64,000 bases of DNA, taken from Candidatus Saccharimonadota bacterium (lineage in GTDB: Bacteria; Patescibacteriota; Saccharimonadia; Saccharimonadales; SZUA-47). The notes beneath the pieces are model-generated. The model was given only the letters and a program-made list of their open reading frames with translations. It was not told where the DNA came from and did not search any database. Location of the stretch: the NCBI GenBank assembly GCA_016700315.1, contig CP065013.1, forward strand, positions 577,449 through 641,448, in the 5' to 3' direction. This document shows positions 33,468 to 42,751 of this stretch, one piece after another. Position 1 is the first letter of the stretch. Every line of letters begins with the position of its first letter. The position numbers and the translations under genes were made by a program.

Positions 33468-34919
33468 ATGATTGAAGACAAACGAATAGGTATGCTCGTT
33501 GGCTTGGCGATTGGTGATACGCTCGGTATGCCTTTAGAGTTTAAACAGCGAGGCACTTTTACGCCGTTAGAAACGCTTGCTGAAGGTGGACCTTTTAATT
33601 TACCCCTCGGCTATTGGACTGACGATACGTCAATGGCTCTGTGCTTAGCTGATAGTATTCTTGCGAAACAAGGCTACGATTCTTATGACGTTATGGATCG
33701 TTATGTTGATTGGCAAGATAATGGTTATAGAAGTTCAACAGGCGTTTGTTTTGACATTGGCAATCAGGTGTCTTCGGCGATAGGTCACTATAAAGCTCAA
33801 CCCGAAGTAGTTATTGACGAACAAAGAACTGAATCGGCTGGTAATGGTTGTATTATGCGGCTTGCACCAGTTGTGATTGCTTCAATGGCAGCAAATAATA
33901 GTCTAAAGCGGACTATGCAACTTGCCGCTATTAGTGGTAGAGAAACTCACTATTCTACTCTTGCCGAAGAAGCAACAGCTCTATTCGCTGGTTTGCTTTT
34001 TAATGCTGTGAGTGCAACTAACAAAGATGATGTGTTGCAAATGCGCACGACGGCAACGCAAGATACGCAGTTAATTACAGTCGTCAATAAAGCGAACCAA
34101 AAGACGGCAGATGAGTTAAAGCCTACGGGCTATATACTGGACACGTTGGAAGTAGCTGTCTGGGCTTTCATGACTACTAACAACTTCAAAGAGGGTGCAC
34201 TCAAAGCGGTTAACTTAGGAGGTGATTCAGATACGATTGGTGCTGTTTACGGTCAGCTCGCAGGTGCATATTACGGTTTAGCTGGCATACCGCAAGAGTG
34301 GCTTGAGCAGCTTTATGATTATAGCGATATAGTAAAATTAGCGGAGCAGCTGACTGGTATTAAGACCTTTGGAATTATTAGAACACGATTCGCCGAAGAT
34401 AAAGATGATAAGCGAGTACAATTAGAAAATAAGGAGAACCCGATGGCTGACGACAACCAACCACAAGAACCACTAACAGATGAAGATAAAGCTGTGTTGA
34501 AATCATGGAGTAATGTTGGCTCGCCAGGACCAGCACCTACAACACCCTTTGTGCCTACTGAGGAGCAAAGGCAGCAGTTTAAGCCCATCAACACCCCTAA
34601 GACAATAGCTGTAAATTGGAAGCTTGACCAAGAAACATATAAGCGTTTACAACTTGGTCATTTGGCTCACGAAATGGAAGATAAGTGGAACGTCTATATG
34701 GAAGATAACACTGTACATCTTCACCGAAGTTGGACAGGCATGGAGCTGTTTCGCTTTACTTTACAGCCAGCAGACAATGATACTTACACGGTTAGCCAAT
34801 TTGAAGTAGAGCAAGACCCAGAGCGATACACCGAAACAGATGAGCAAGCGATCCGTGATACGCTAAGCGAAGTATTTCAGGCAGTGCTTGGCGTAGCATT
34901 ATCTAAAACAAAAGTGTAA
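33468..34919 (+). CDS. ADP-ribosylglycohydrolase-family protein fused to an uncharacterised C-terminal domain
   Basis: 483 aa. IGMLVGLAIGDTLGMPLEF, YWTDDTSMALCLA and GGDSDTIGAVYGQLAGAYYG are ARH signatures. About 150 extra C-terminal residues carry no motif I recognise. Confidence 0.8.
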   Translation: MIEDKRIGMLVGLAIGDTLGMPLEFKQRGTFTPLETLAEGGPFNLPLGYWTDDTSMALCLADSILAKQGYDSYDVMDRYVDWQDNGYRSSTGVCFDIGNQVSSAIGHYKAQPEVVIDEQRTESAGNGCIMRLAPVVIASMAANNSLKRTMQLAAISGRETHYSTLAEEATALFAGLLFNAVSATNKDDVLQMRTTATQDTQLITVVNKANQKTADELKPTGYILDTLEVAVWAFMTTNNFKEGALKAVNLGGDSDTIGAVYGQLAGAYYGLAGIPQEWLEQLYDYSDIVKLAEQLTGIKTFGIIRTRFAEDKDDKRVQLENKENPMADDNQPQEPLTDEDKAVLKSWSNVGSPGPAPTTPFVPTEEQRQQFKPINTPKTIAVNWKLDQETYKRLQLGHLAHEMEDKWNVYMEDNTVHLHRSWTGMELFRFTLQPADNDTYTVSQFEVEQDPERYTETDEQAIRDTLSEVFQAVLGVALSKTKV

Positions 34920-35129
34920 TTACGATTCAAATTCTTCGTCATTGTATAATAGGTTTTTTAACAGGGGTGGTCGGGAAAAGCACTAACAATTGACAAGCGC
35001 TTATCTTGCTAAGAAAATGACACTACCCCTGTTAGGGTATGTCGCTCAAGGTAGATTGTACGACACAATAAATTAGCATATAAGTAAGTATTGCATAAAG
35101 GTGTTAAGTGTAGTATAATATAGCACCTA

Positions 35130-36485
35130 ATGAGAGTTTCAATAGCACCCGAAGCACTTATAGATAGTCAAGTTGCCGATAGTGAAGTTGGCGACCTTTT
35201 TCAGCGTGATGTAACTATTTCGCAACAGCCTAGCCAAGACGGTGGTTATGATTACTCCCTTATCTTTAAGGGTGGTTCTCTTGCTCCTGAAACAGCATAC
35301 GGAGTAATGCGTGTTGCAGCACCTTATGATGGACAATTTGAAACACCAAGAGATGTAATTGCCGATTGGCAAGAGCCAGATAATCACACTACCGAAGCTA
35401 AAGAACGAATAGTAAGACACGAACGATTGCTTGGTCAGAACTGGCACGACTTTATGATTTCACGACCTGTGTTTATGGAAGTAGTTGAAGCAGTACCACA
35501 GCTTGATATAAACGAACAAGAAGTTCGCCCAATTACCGAACCAGATGAATTAGCAAGTTTTGCAGCAGCATATCTAGTTAATCCTAATGACGCAGAAACT
35601 GCCCTAAAGATATTGAGTAACGCAGGAGTTGATAAAAAGCATACAACAGCTATTTGGAACTCAATACGACCATTTCTAGTATCGCCACCAAGAGGTTCAT
35701 TCAGTATGGATTTCCATTACAGGCTTGGTGATAATGCACAAGAAACCGCTGACGCTATCAAACAAATGCTATCCGAATTACCTAAAACTGTTACAAAGAA
35801 GGTCGTAAATGCAACGGTTAAGCCAGCAATCGTACTAGACAGTTTCGGTTTGAAGGAGCTTGATTACAATACTGGTAGATATAAAACCAAACTTATAATA
35901 CCTTCGTCTTTCTTTGGTGAACGATATTGTGTCCAAGCTAAACGAGATGAAGAAGGCAACGTAACAGCCGTGCCATTTGCAAGAGAGGGTTACACTCATA
36001 AATCGGGGTTATGGCTGATACCAGAATGGGACAGTTTTACAGAATGGGAACAGAATGGCACTGTACGAAAAACAGCAACTTTAACGAATCCTGCTTTTAA
36101 CGATAGCTACGGTTATGGCTACAGACCAATGCTTTTAGCAGACCGTGCTGTTCAACGAGGAAGTTTGCGTTCTGCTCCCACCGCTCCACTTGTTAAGCCT
36201 GAAATACGTTGGCGTACAAATGCTGACGGCAACCAACGTGAGTTTGTTTTAGATGATGAGCAAAGAGAAGTTCAGGGTCGGCGTATTGTAAGAAGCGGTA
36301 TTTTTGGAGTTATCTTAGCTGCTGCTGCACAGCCAGATATAACGAGAACTTGGCCTGAAAGAATCCATAATCAAATTATGGGTGTTGCACAATTACCAGT
36401 GCTTGCACTTATACAAAGAGAACAGCTTGCTAATGGTGGCTTACTGGCAAGAGCAGAAAAACTTGTCTCCACGATTAGTAAATAA
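35130..36485 (+). CDS. Hypothetical protein (451 aa)
   Basis: Long ORF with TATAAT at 35114-35119. No motif recognised. Confidence 0.6.
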   Translation: MRVSIAPEALIDSQVADSEVGDLFQRDVTISQQPSQDGGYDYSLIFKGGSLAPETAYGVMRVAAPYDGQFETPRDVIADWQEPDNHTTEAKERIVRHERLLGQNWHDFMISRPVFMEVVEAVPQLDINEQEVRPITEPDELASFAAAYLVNPNDAETALKILSNAGVDKKHTTAIWNSIRPFLVSPPRGSFSMDFHYRLGDNAQETADAIKQMLSELPKTVTKKVVNATVKPAIVLDSFGLKELDYNTGRYKTKLIIPSSFFGERYCVQAKRDEEGNVTAVPFAREGYTHKSGLWLIPEWDSFTEWEQNGTVRKTATLTNPAFNDSYGYGYRPMLLADRAVQRGSLRSAPTAPLVKPEIRWRTNADGNQREFVLDDEQREVQGRRIVRSGIFGVILAAAAQPDITRTWPERIHNQIMGVAQLPVLALIQREQLANGGLLARAEKLVSTISK

Positions 36486-36784
36486 AACTGGTTCAAACCC
36501 ATATTGGTTAATGATATTTAATAGGCATATATTTTGCCTTTGATCTGATAAGAGCCTTCGACTCATCTATCGCAGCTATAATCGTTGCAGTTTTTTCGTA
36601 TGTTTTCTGTGCCCCACGCTTTGTTTAGGTGCGTATTAAAAAAGTCAGGTATAAGTTAAAAACTATTCACCTTTGGCAAGGCTAGAAACGATTTAACATT
36701 TATTCACGAAAGCTTTTCTTGGGTGTTTTATTTTAACGGGGGTTGTTCTATATTAAAGATATTAAGTAATTAGGGAGTGATGCC

Positions 36785-37354
36785 ATGGAATGGTTTAAAA
36801 AACACAAAATAGTAACAGTTATACTCGCACTGGTATTACTCGTCGGTATTGCAGGAGCGACGGGGGGATCCAAGAAGTCCTCAGACAACTCAAACAAGTC
36901 TAGCAGCAGCGCTAAACAAAGTAATGAAAAGACTTACAAGTTCGACGATAGGGCAGATAAACAAAATAAAGACGTAGAAGTACTGCCAGGCGAAGCTGCG
37001 ACCGTTGACGGGGTTAAGATGACGCTTACCAATGTCGAAGTTAAGACATCACTCAGTGATTTTGAAACTGCCGCAAGCGGTAAGACATACGTCCTAGCAG
37101 ATGTGGCACTTGAAAACACAAACAAAGACACGAAGCCTTATAACGTTTTTAACTTTAGAATTCAAACAGCCGGGGGACAAGTGTTAGACGGTACGTTTTC
37201 TACAGTAGCTAATCTGGGTTCTGGAGATATGGTTGCTGGCGGAAAGGCCTCTGGCAAAATAGTTTTTGAGGTTCCGGTCGAAGATGGGCATCAGTATGTG
37301 ATCTGGAAGCCAAATGCATTCAATGCAGACCGTGCCGTTGTAAGAGTTAAGTAA
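36785..37354 (+). CDS. DUF4352-like secreted or anchored protein
   Basis: 189 aa. N-terminal TM helix, S/K-rich linker and an immunoglobulin-like domain (VDGVKMTLTNVEV...YVLADVALENTNKDTKPYNVFNF). Confidence 0.6.
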   Translation: MEWFKKHKIVTVILALVLLVGIAGATGGSKKSSDNSNKSSSSAKQSNEKTYKFDDRADKQNKDVEVLPGEAATVDGVKMTLTNVEVKTSLSDFETAASGKTYVLADVALENTNKDTKPYNVFNFRIQTAGGQVLDGTFSTVANLGSGDMVAGGKASGKIVFEVPVEDGHQYVIWKPNAFNADRAVVRVK

Positions 37355-39209
37355 GTATCTTTTCAAGGACGTTTTCGTGGCGTTTCCAAGGCCCGTGGGC
37401 GCGTAGGGCATAGATCATTACAACGACGTCGACTAGCTCCTGAACGGCAGCGCCAGACACTGGTGAGAACTTACCGGTTGAATAAACTAACATGAGGCCC
37501 ACACTGATACATATACCGAGCAAAATAGCTTGCTTAGCAATCTTGAAAGTATCTTTTGCGATTTTGTAACTTTCAGCGACTTTAGCAAGAGAATCTAACA
37601 TTACTACCACGTCCGCAGATTCGCTTGCGGCAGTTGAGCCACGTGCTCCGAGTGCAATGCCTACATCGGCTGCCGCAAGCGTTGGTGCATCGTTGACACC
37701 ATCACCGACCATAGCCACTAGTCGTTTTGACTCATCAAGACTTTTGAGTGTGTGCAGTTTATCACTAGGTAGGGCGTCGGCGTGAACTACGGAGATACCG
37801 ACTTTCTCGGCAATTTGCTTTGCCGCATTATGGTTATCTCCCGTTAGCATCAACGAGTCTCGCATGCCTAGTTTTTTTAGAGTTAACAGGGTGCTTTTTG
37901 TCTCGGCGCGTAGCTGATCGGCAAATTCAAAAATAGCCGCTAGCTTGCCGTCGATCGCCAAAAAAGCAGCGGTTGAGCTGGCCTCATGGGATTTGGGCAC
38001 TGTAACTTTGTGCTTAATCATTAGACCGTGTTTGCCGATCATCACCTTTTTGCTGCCTTGATTGGCGAGTATCCCGAAGCCGCTTTCTTCGTGCACGGCA
38101 CTAACTTTGGGAAAGGTTAACTTTAGCTCGCGTGCTTTATCGACTATAGTCTTGGCTAGAATATGATTGGAACCTTCCTCTAATGCGGCAGCCAGGGCGA
38201 CTACTTGATTTTGTTCGTAGCCTTTCAACACTTTAATAGCTGCTAGCTCTGGTACGCCGTGAGTTAGTGTGCCGGTTTTGTCGAACGCAAAAGTTTTTAC
38301 GCGGGCCAAACGTTCCAGTGACGAACCGTTTTTGACAATGATACCGTGTTTGGCAGCCCGACTCATGCCGCTGACGAGGGCTATTGGCGCTCCCAGCAGT
38401 AACGGGCACGGGGTAGCAACTACTAGTACTTGCAAGAACCTTAGCCACTGCCCACCTGAAATATAAAGAGCGGCGAAGGCTATCGCGAAAGAGATTGCTG
38501 TAAATACAACCGAGTAACGATCGGCCATGCGGATAAATCGGGCTTTGCTAGAAGTGGCTTCTTTAACTAGCTGAATAATCTGCTCATACTGGCTGTTTTT
38601 GGAAGTTTTTAGGGCTTTTGCTTTGATGAGTTTGGTTCCGTTGACTGAGCCAGAAAGTAGGTCATCTCCTTTTTTGTGTTCGACCGGCATCGGCTCTCCA
38701 GTAAGGGCGGACTCGTCAAAGCTCGAGCTTCCCTCGACAATTTGGGCATCAACTGCCACCACATCACCAGGCTTGATAATTAGTATGTCACCTACAATTA
38801 CTTCCGAAACTTTGATAGTCAGGGTCTTGCTGCCTCTTTCTACTGTGGCGGTTTTCGGGGCGCGCTCGAGTAGGCTATTTAGTTCGCGTTTGGCTCGAGT
38901 TTCTGCGTAGTTCTCAAGCGCCTCTCCGCTGGTGAGCATTACCACGATCAACGCCGCTGTAACGTATTCACCGAGTAGCAGCGCTGTCGCGATTGCCGTA
39001 ACTGCTAGCAGATCAATACCGAGTTCGCCTTCAAAAACGTTTTTTATCATCTCATAGGCCATTGGCAGTACTTGCATGCTAGCGCTGAGACCCAGAATCC
39101 AGTTGCCGGCGGTTTTGTAACCTAAGACGTAGCTAGCAATACCGACAGTAAAAGAACTTATAGCAAAAAAGGCCGGTTTGTATTCAAAATCTTTCCATTT
39201 TTTTGGCAT
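37347..39209 (-). CDS. Heavy-metal translocating P1B-type ATPase (no N-terminal metal-binding domain)
   Basis: 620 aa with TGEP, TPC(P) in TM6, DKTGTLT and GDGVNDAP motifs. Confidence 0.9.
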   Translation of the reverse strand: MPKKWKDFEYKPAFFAISSFTVGIASYVLGYKTAGNWILGLSASMQVLPMAYEMIKNVFEGELGIDLLAVTAIATALLLGEYVTAALIVVMLTSGEALENYAETRAKRELNSLLERAPKTATVERGSKTLTIKVSEVIVGDILIIKPGDVVAVDAQIVEGSSSFDESALTGEPMPVEHKKGDDLLSGSVNGTKLIKAKALKTSKNSQYEQIIQLVKEATSSKARFIRMADRYSVVFTAISFAIAFAALYISGGQWLRFLQVLVVATPCPLLLGAPIALVSGMSRAAKHGIIVKNGSSLERLARVKTFAFDKTGTLTHGVPELAAIKVLKGYEQNQVVALAAALEEGSNHILAKTIVDKARELKLTFPKVSAVHEESGFGILANQGSKKVMIGKHGLMIKHKVTVPKSHEASSTAAFLAIDGKLAAIFEFADQLRAETKSTLLTLKKLGMRDSLMLTGDNHNAAKQIAEKVGISVVHADALPSDKLHTLKSLDESKRLVAMVGDGVNDAPTLAAADVGIALGARGSTAASESADVVVMLDSLAKVAESYKIAKDTFKIAKQAILLGICISVGLMLVYSTGKFSPVSGAAVQELVDVVVMIYALRAHGPWKRHENVLEKILT

Positions 39210-39302
39210 TTTTAGTCTCTCTTCCTTTAGTCTAATTATAGTTCAATACCTCTAGTTTATAAAAGCCTGTAAGCAACGCGAAAAGAGGTATAATAACAAT
39301 TA

Positions 39303-39482
39303 ATGACTGCTAAAAAACAAATAAGAACAAAACGAAGCAAGAACCAAAGCCATAAAAGAAAACTAAAAAACGGGGTAAGCTTTGAGGGTTTTGCTAGCCT
39401 TTATATGTGCCAGCATAACAATCTTGAGGCAGCGGTTAAAGAAACGTTTGCTGCATATGAGTTAGGATTCGGGCTAAAATGA
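39303..39482 (+). CDS. Small basic protein (59 aa), possibly translationally coupled to kup
   Basis: ATG at 39303, 8 nt after TATAAT (39289-39294). Its TGA overlaps the kup ATG (ATGA). It is below the ORF-track size cutoff. Confidence 0.35.
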   Translation: MTAKKQIRTKRSKNQSHKRKLKNGVSFEGFASLYMCQHNNLEAAVKETFAAYELGFGLK

Positions 39483-41401
39483 ACAAGTCAAAAAGATTAG
39501 GTATGTCCGGCCTAGGCGTTGGAGCGCTAGGTATAGTTTACGGCGACATTGGTACCTCGCCGCTCTATGCGGCTAACCAGATATTCTTCGGTCACACCGG
39601 TGTTTCGCACAATTCGCAGTCGATTATCGGAGTTATTTCCCTAATTCTTTGGACGCTAGTAATAGTCATCGCAGTAAAATACATGAGCTTGGTGCTGCGA
39701 GCTGACAACGCAGGCGAAGGAGGTGTTTTTGCTTTTTTCGGGCAACTTCATCAGCACGCTGGTAAACGTTCGACCAAAATAATGCTAGTTCTGCTAATCT
39801 TAGCTGCTGGATTTTTATATGGTGATGGTTTGATTACGCCAGCGATTAGCGTTCTTTCGGCGACAGAAGGCTTGCAGGTAGTTAATGCAAGTTTTGCAAG
39901 CTATGTTTTGCCAGCTACCCTAGTGATTTTGACACTTTTATTTGCTTTCCAGCACAAAGGTACGGCTCGGGTTGGTTCTGTTTTTGGTCCTGTAATGCTG
40001 CTGTGGTTCAGCGTAATTGCTGGTTTGGGCCTCGTTCAAATAGTTAAGAATCCGAGTGTGCTAGAAGCAATTAATCCACTTAAAGCGGTTGATTTTATCA
40101 GACATTCTGAGCTTCATAAAACTTTCTTGATTTTTGGCTCAATTGTTTTGGTAGTGACGGGCGGTGAAGCTGTGTTTGCTGACGTTGGGCATTTCGGCAA
40201 AGCGCCGATTCGGCTCGGCTGGTTTTACGTTGTGATGCCCGCACTGCTACTAAACTACATGGGTCAGGGGGCATTACTCTTAAGCGGGCAGCCGGTTTTG
40301 GGGGGTAGCATTTTTTACAGTATGGTGCCAAGTGGTCTACTGTTACCAATGGTGATACTGGCCACTCTGGCGACGATTATCGCTAGTCAGGCACTAATCT
40401 CTGGGGCATTCTCGCTAACCTCTCAAGCCATAGCTCTTGACCTACTGCCTAAGCTGCGCAAAAACTACACTAACCTTAAGCGTGAGGGACAGGTGTATTT
40501 GAACTTCGTCAACTGGACGCTTTATCTTGGTTGTGTGCTGATAGTTCTCGCTTTTCGAACGAGCGGCGCTTTGGCTTCGGCTTATGGATTGGCTGTATCG
40601 TTCGATATGGTGGTGACCAGTCTGGCGATGATCTTTGTTGTTAGGCAAATTTGGCGCTGGAATTTACCTAAGACATTGTTAGTTTGGTTGCCTTTATTAG
40701 CAATTGATCTGTTGTTCTTGAGCGCTAATTCACTTAAGTTTAGGAGTGGCGGCTATATCCCGCTAGCTATTGGGGTTACGTTATTCTTCTTGATGATAAC
40801 CTGGCAATGGGGTAGGCGAAAAGTGCTCAGCGGCTACATGGCCGATCGACAGCAGACGGTAGGAGATCTTATCAAACTACAAGAACAGAGTAATGAAATG
40901 TTCCCAAAGCCGGTGCTAGTGCTGACAGGTACGCTAGTTAATCAATCAAGTGATCTGGTTCCAGCCCAGCTACAGTTGTTCTATGACGAGTTTAAGGCAT
41001 TGCCGAAGCGACTAGTCGTATTGACGGTCTCTACACTTCACACCCCGAAGATAAATAAAAATGATCGTTTTCGCTACACATGGTTTAGAAGCGAGGCTGA
41101 GCAGGAGTTTTTGAGTATTCAGGCACGCTTCGGTTACATGGAAAGAGTAAGTGTTCCGCAAATCTTGGAGCAGATTAGCCAGTTTGGCGATTTAGAAATA
41201 TTGGGTAATCTAGACGATTGGGTGGTGCTAGCTGGTCGTGACCGATTGTCGCTCGGCTCTGGGGTTACGTCTTGGTGGTATAGGTTGCGATACGGCGTTT
41301 TCAAGTTTATGAACCATACAACGCTACCGACTTATGAATTTTATGGTTTGTCGGAAGATTTACGACTAGTTGTGCAGAATATTCCGGTGAGGTTTAATTG
41401 A
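39479..41401 (+). CDS. kup: KUP/HAK/KT family potassium transporter
   Basis: 640 aa. GALGIVYGDIGTSPLYA signature, with about 12 TM segments. Confidence 0.95.
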   Translation: MNKSKRLGMSGLGVGALGIVYGDIGTSPLYAANQIFFGHTGVSHNSQSIIGVISLILWTLVIVIAVKYMSLVLRADNAGEGGVFAFFGQLHQHAGKRSTKIMLVLLILAAGFLYGDGLITPAISVLSATEGLQVVNASFASYVLPATLVILTLLFAFQHKGTARVGSVFGPVMLLWFSVIAGLGLVQIVKNPSVLEAINPLKAVDFIRHSELHKTFLIFGSIVLVVTGGEAVFADVGHFGKAPIRLGWFYVVMPALLLNYMGQGALLLSGQPVLGGSIFYSMVPSGLLLPMVILATLATIIASQALISGAFSLTSQAIALDLLPKLRKNYTNLKREGQVYLNFVNWTLYLGCVLIVLAFRTSGALASAYGLAVSFDMVVTSLAMIFVVRQIWRWNLPKTLLVWLPLLAIDLLFLSANSLKFRSGGYIPLAIGVTLFFLMITWQWGRRKVLSGYMADRQQTVGDLIKLQEQSNEMFPKPVLVLTGTLVNQSSDLVPAQLQLFYDEFKALPKRLVVLTVSTLHTPKINKNDRFRYTWFRSEAEQEFLSIQARFGYMERVSVPQILEQISQFGDLEILGNLDDWVVLAGRDRLSLGSGVTSWWYRLRYGVFKFMNHTTLPTYEFYGLSEDLRLVVQNIPVRFN

Positions 41402-42045
41402 TGATCCGGATTCTGCCATCGCTGATCGCAGTGATACCGCTTTTTGCTTTTGGCCTAGTCGCCGAGCAGCTATGGCGTAAAAAGATCATGCAGGGTGAAC
41501 TTGGGAGAAAGCTAGTGCACATTTTATTTGGCATATGGATAGCTTTTTGGCCTTTGTTTATTAGTTTTAACGAAATCGTTTTTCTGTGCATATTGATGTT
41601 TTTTGGTACTCTACTATTTCGTTTTTTGCCGCTAATACATGTAGGCTATGATGTGCCTCGTAAAACCATCGGGCAGTATATCTACCCACTCTCAATTGCT
41701 ATTCTAGCATTTTTGGCTAGGGAAAACTGGCAGTTTACTTTGGCGGTTTTGGTACTGGCAATCCCAGACGGAATGGCGGCAATAATTGGGGGCCATTTTG
41801 GCAAAAAGGCTATAATGTATAGAGTTTATAATCATACAAAAACGGTTCAGGGAACCGCAAGTTATTTCTTGCTTACGATGGCAATCTTTACAATTTTCAA
41901 AACGATTGGTGATTTTGATGTGTTGTCTTGGATTAGCATTTTTGTGTTTACTGGAATTGCTACGTTATTAGAGAATGTTCTTGCGTATGGATTAGATAAT
42001 TTAGTGATCCCCGTGGCTTTGATGGCAGTACTAAGATTTTTATAA
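41398..42045 (+). CDS. CTP-dependent polyprenol/diacylglycerol kinase-like membrane protein (CdsA/dolichol kinase superfamily)
   Basis: 215 aa, multi-TM. PDGMAAIIGGHFGKK...KTVQGTASYF resembles the C-terminal catalytic motif of this superfamily. Confidence 0.55.
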   Translation: MMIRILPSLIAVIPLFAFGLVAEQLWRKKIMQGELGRKLVHILFGIWIAFWPLFISFNEIVFLCILMFFGTLLFRFLPLIHVGYDVPRKTIGQYIYPLSIAILAFLARENWQFTLAVLVLAIPDGMAAIIGGHFGKKAIMYRVYNHTKTVQGTASYFLLTMAIFTIFKTIGDFDVLSWISIFVFTGIATLLENVLAYGLDNLVIPVALMAVLRFL

Positions 42046-42048
42046 TTG

Positions 42049-42225
42049 AAACAAAAAATGCCGACACTTGATTTCGGCATTTTGGTTTATAGCGAAGCAA
42101 GCTCTAGGGAAGCTAAAAAAACAAAACTCAATTCCGATTGAGTTTTGAGAAGGAGAAGCTGCTCAAGCGTAAACAAAAAATGCCGACACTTGATTTCGGC
42201 ATTTTGGTTTATAGCGAAGCAAGCT
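42049..42225. repeat. Duplicated 55-bp unit (42049-42103 and 42171-42225) containing a terminator hairpin, downstream of tRNA-His
   Basis: AAACAAAAAATGCCGACACTTGATTTCGGCATTTTGGTTTATAGCGAAGCAAGCT occurs twice, 122 bp apart. The spacer carries the hairpin CAAAACTCAA-TTCCGA-TTGAGTTTTG (42122-42147). Confidence 0.9.
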
Positions 42226-42231
42226 TCGACG

Positions 42232-42307
42232 TGGGGCGAATGAAGGGAATCGAACCCTCGTCTTCGGAACCACAACCCGACGTTCTAACCGTTGAACTAC
42301 ATTCGCC
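42232..42307 (-). tRNA. tRNA-His (anticodon GTG) with encoded G-1 and CCA
   Basis: Hand-folded: G-1 plus GCGAATG/CATTCGC acceptor, anticodon loop TTGTGGT, T arm GAGGG-TTCGATT-CCCTT, discriminator C. Confidence 0.93.
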
Positions 42308-42388
42308 ACGACTATAAATACTGTGTTATTTTATCACCTACCCCTGTATTTTGCTAGCGATTTTTGCTACAATCATTTGGTGATACTC

Positions 42389-42440
42389 GCCCCGGTAGCT
42401 CAAGGGACTCGGAGCGATGGGCTTCTATCCCACAGGTCGG
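42389..42440 (+). other. 5' fragment of a tRNA-Arg(TCT) paralog, broken in the T stem
   Basis: GCCCCGGTAGCTCAAGGGACTCGGAGCGATGGGCTTCTATCCCACAGGTCGG. The anticodon arm is identical to the intact gene at 42637 but the D loop differs. TACAAT lies upstream at 42368-42373. Confidence 0.7.
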
Positions 42441-42600
42441 GTGAGAAAGTCCAGTGGATCCGCCAGCTGGCGGATCGCAAGGACGGAAACTGATTTACTG
42501 CTTGCAGTAAGTAAGTTGAGGCGGAGCCGAGACTCGGCTATATCCGCCTAAGGCGGATTACCGAGATCGTGGCGAGAATCAGATTTATGTTGGGTTTATA
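42441..42600 (+). ncRNA. GTGAGAA-type tRNA-linked structured element, copy E2 (long subtype)
   Basis: Motifs in order: GTGAGAAAGTCC-AGTG-GATCCGCC-AGCT-GGCGGATC-GCAA-GGAC, GGAAAC, hairpin TACTG-CTTG-CAGTA, GTTGAGGCGGAGCCGAG. Confidence 0.55.
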
Positions 42601-42636
42601 TAATTTGAACCCCTGTTATAATATACTTCGGTACCT

Positions 42637-42713
42637 GCCCCGGTAGCTCAGTGGATTAGAGCGATGGGCTTCTATCCCACAGGTCGGGGGTTCGAATCCC
42701 TCCCGGGGTACCA
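42637..42713 (+). tRNA. tRNA-Arg (anticodon TCT), CCA encoded
   Basis: Hand-folded: acceptor GCCCCGG/CCGGGGT, anticodon loop CTTCTAT, T arm GGGGG-TTCGAAT-CCCTC. Confidence 0.93.
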
Positions 42714-42751
42714 ATAATAATACCTCAGCTTGTCTGAGGTATTATTATTGG
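42714..42751 (+). terminator. tRNA-Arg(TCT) terminator hairpin
   Basis: AATAATAATACCTCAG-CTTGT-CTGAGGTATTATTATTGG. Confidence 0.75.

Noticed and set aside
42441-42600. Possible RNase P RNA, because of GAGAAAGTCC (similar to the CR-I motif GAGGAAAGUCC)
   Set aside because: At 90-185 nt the element is too short and it is present in five diverged copies. I found no CR-IV/CR-V-like ACAGAA..CCGGCUUA region. The motif match is only partial.
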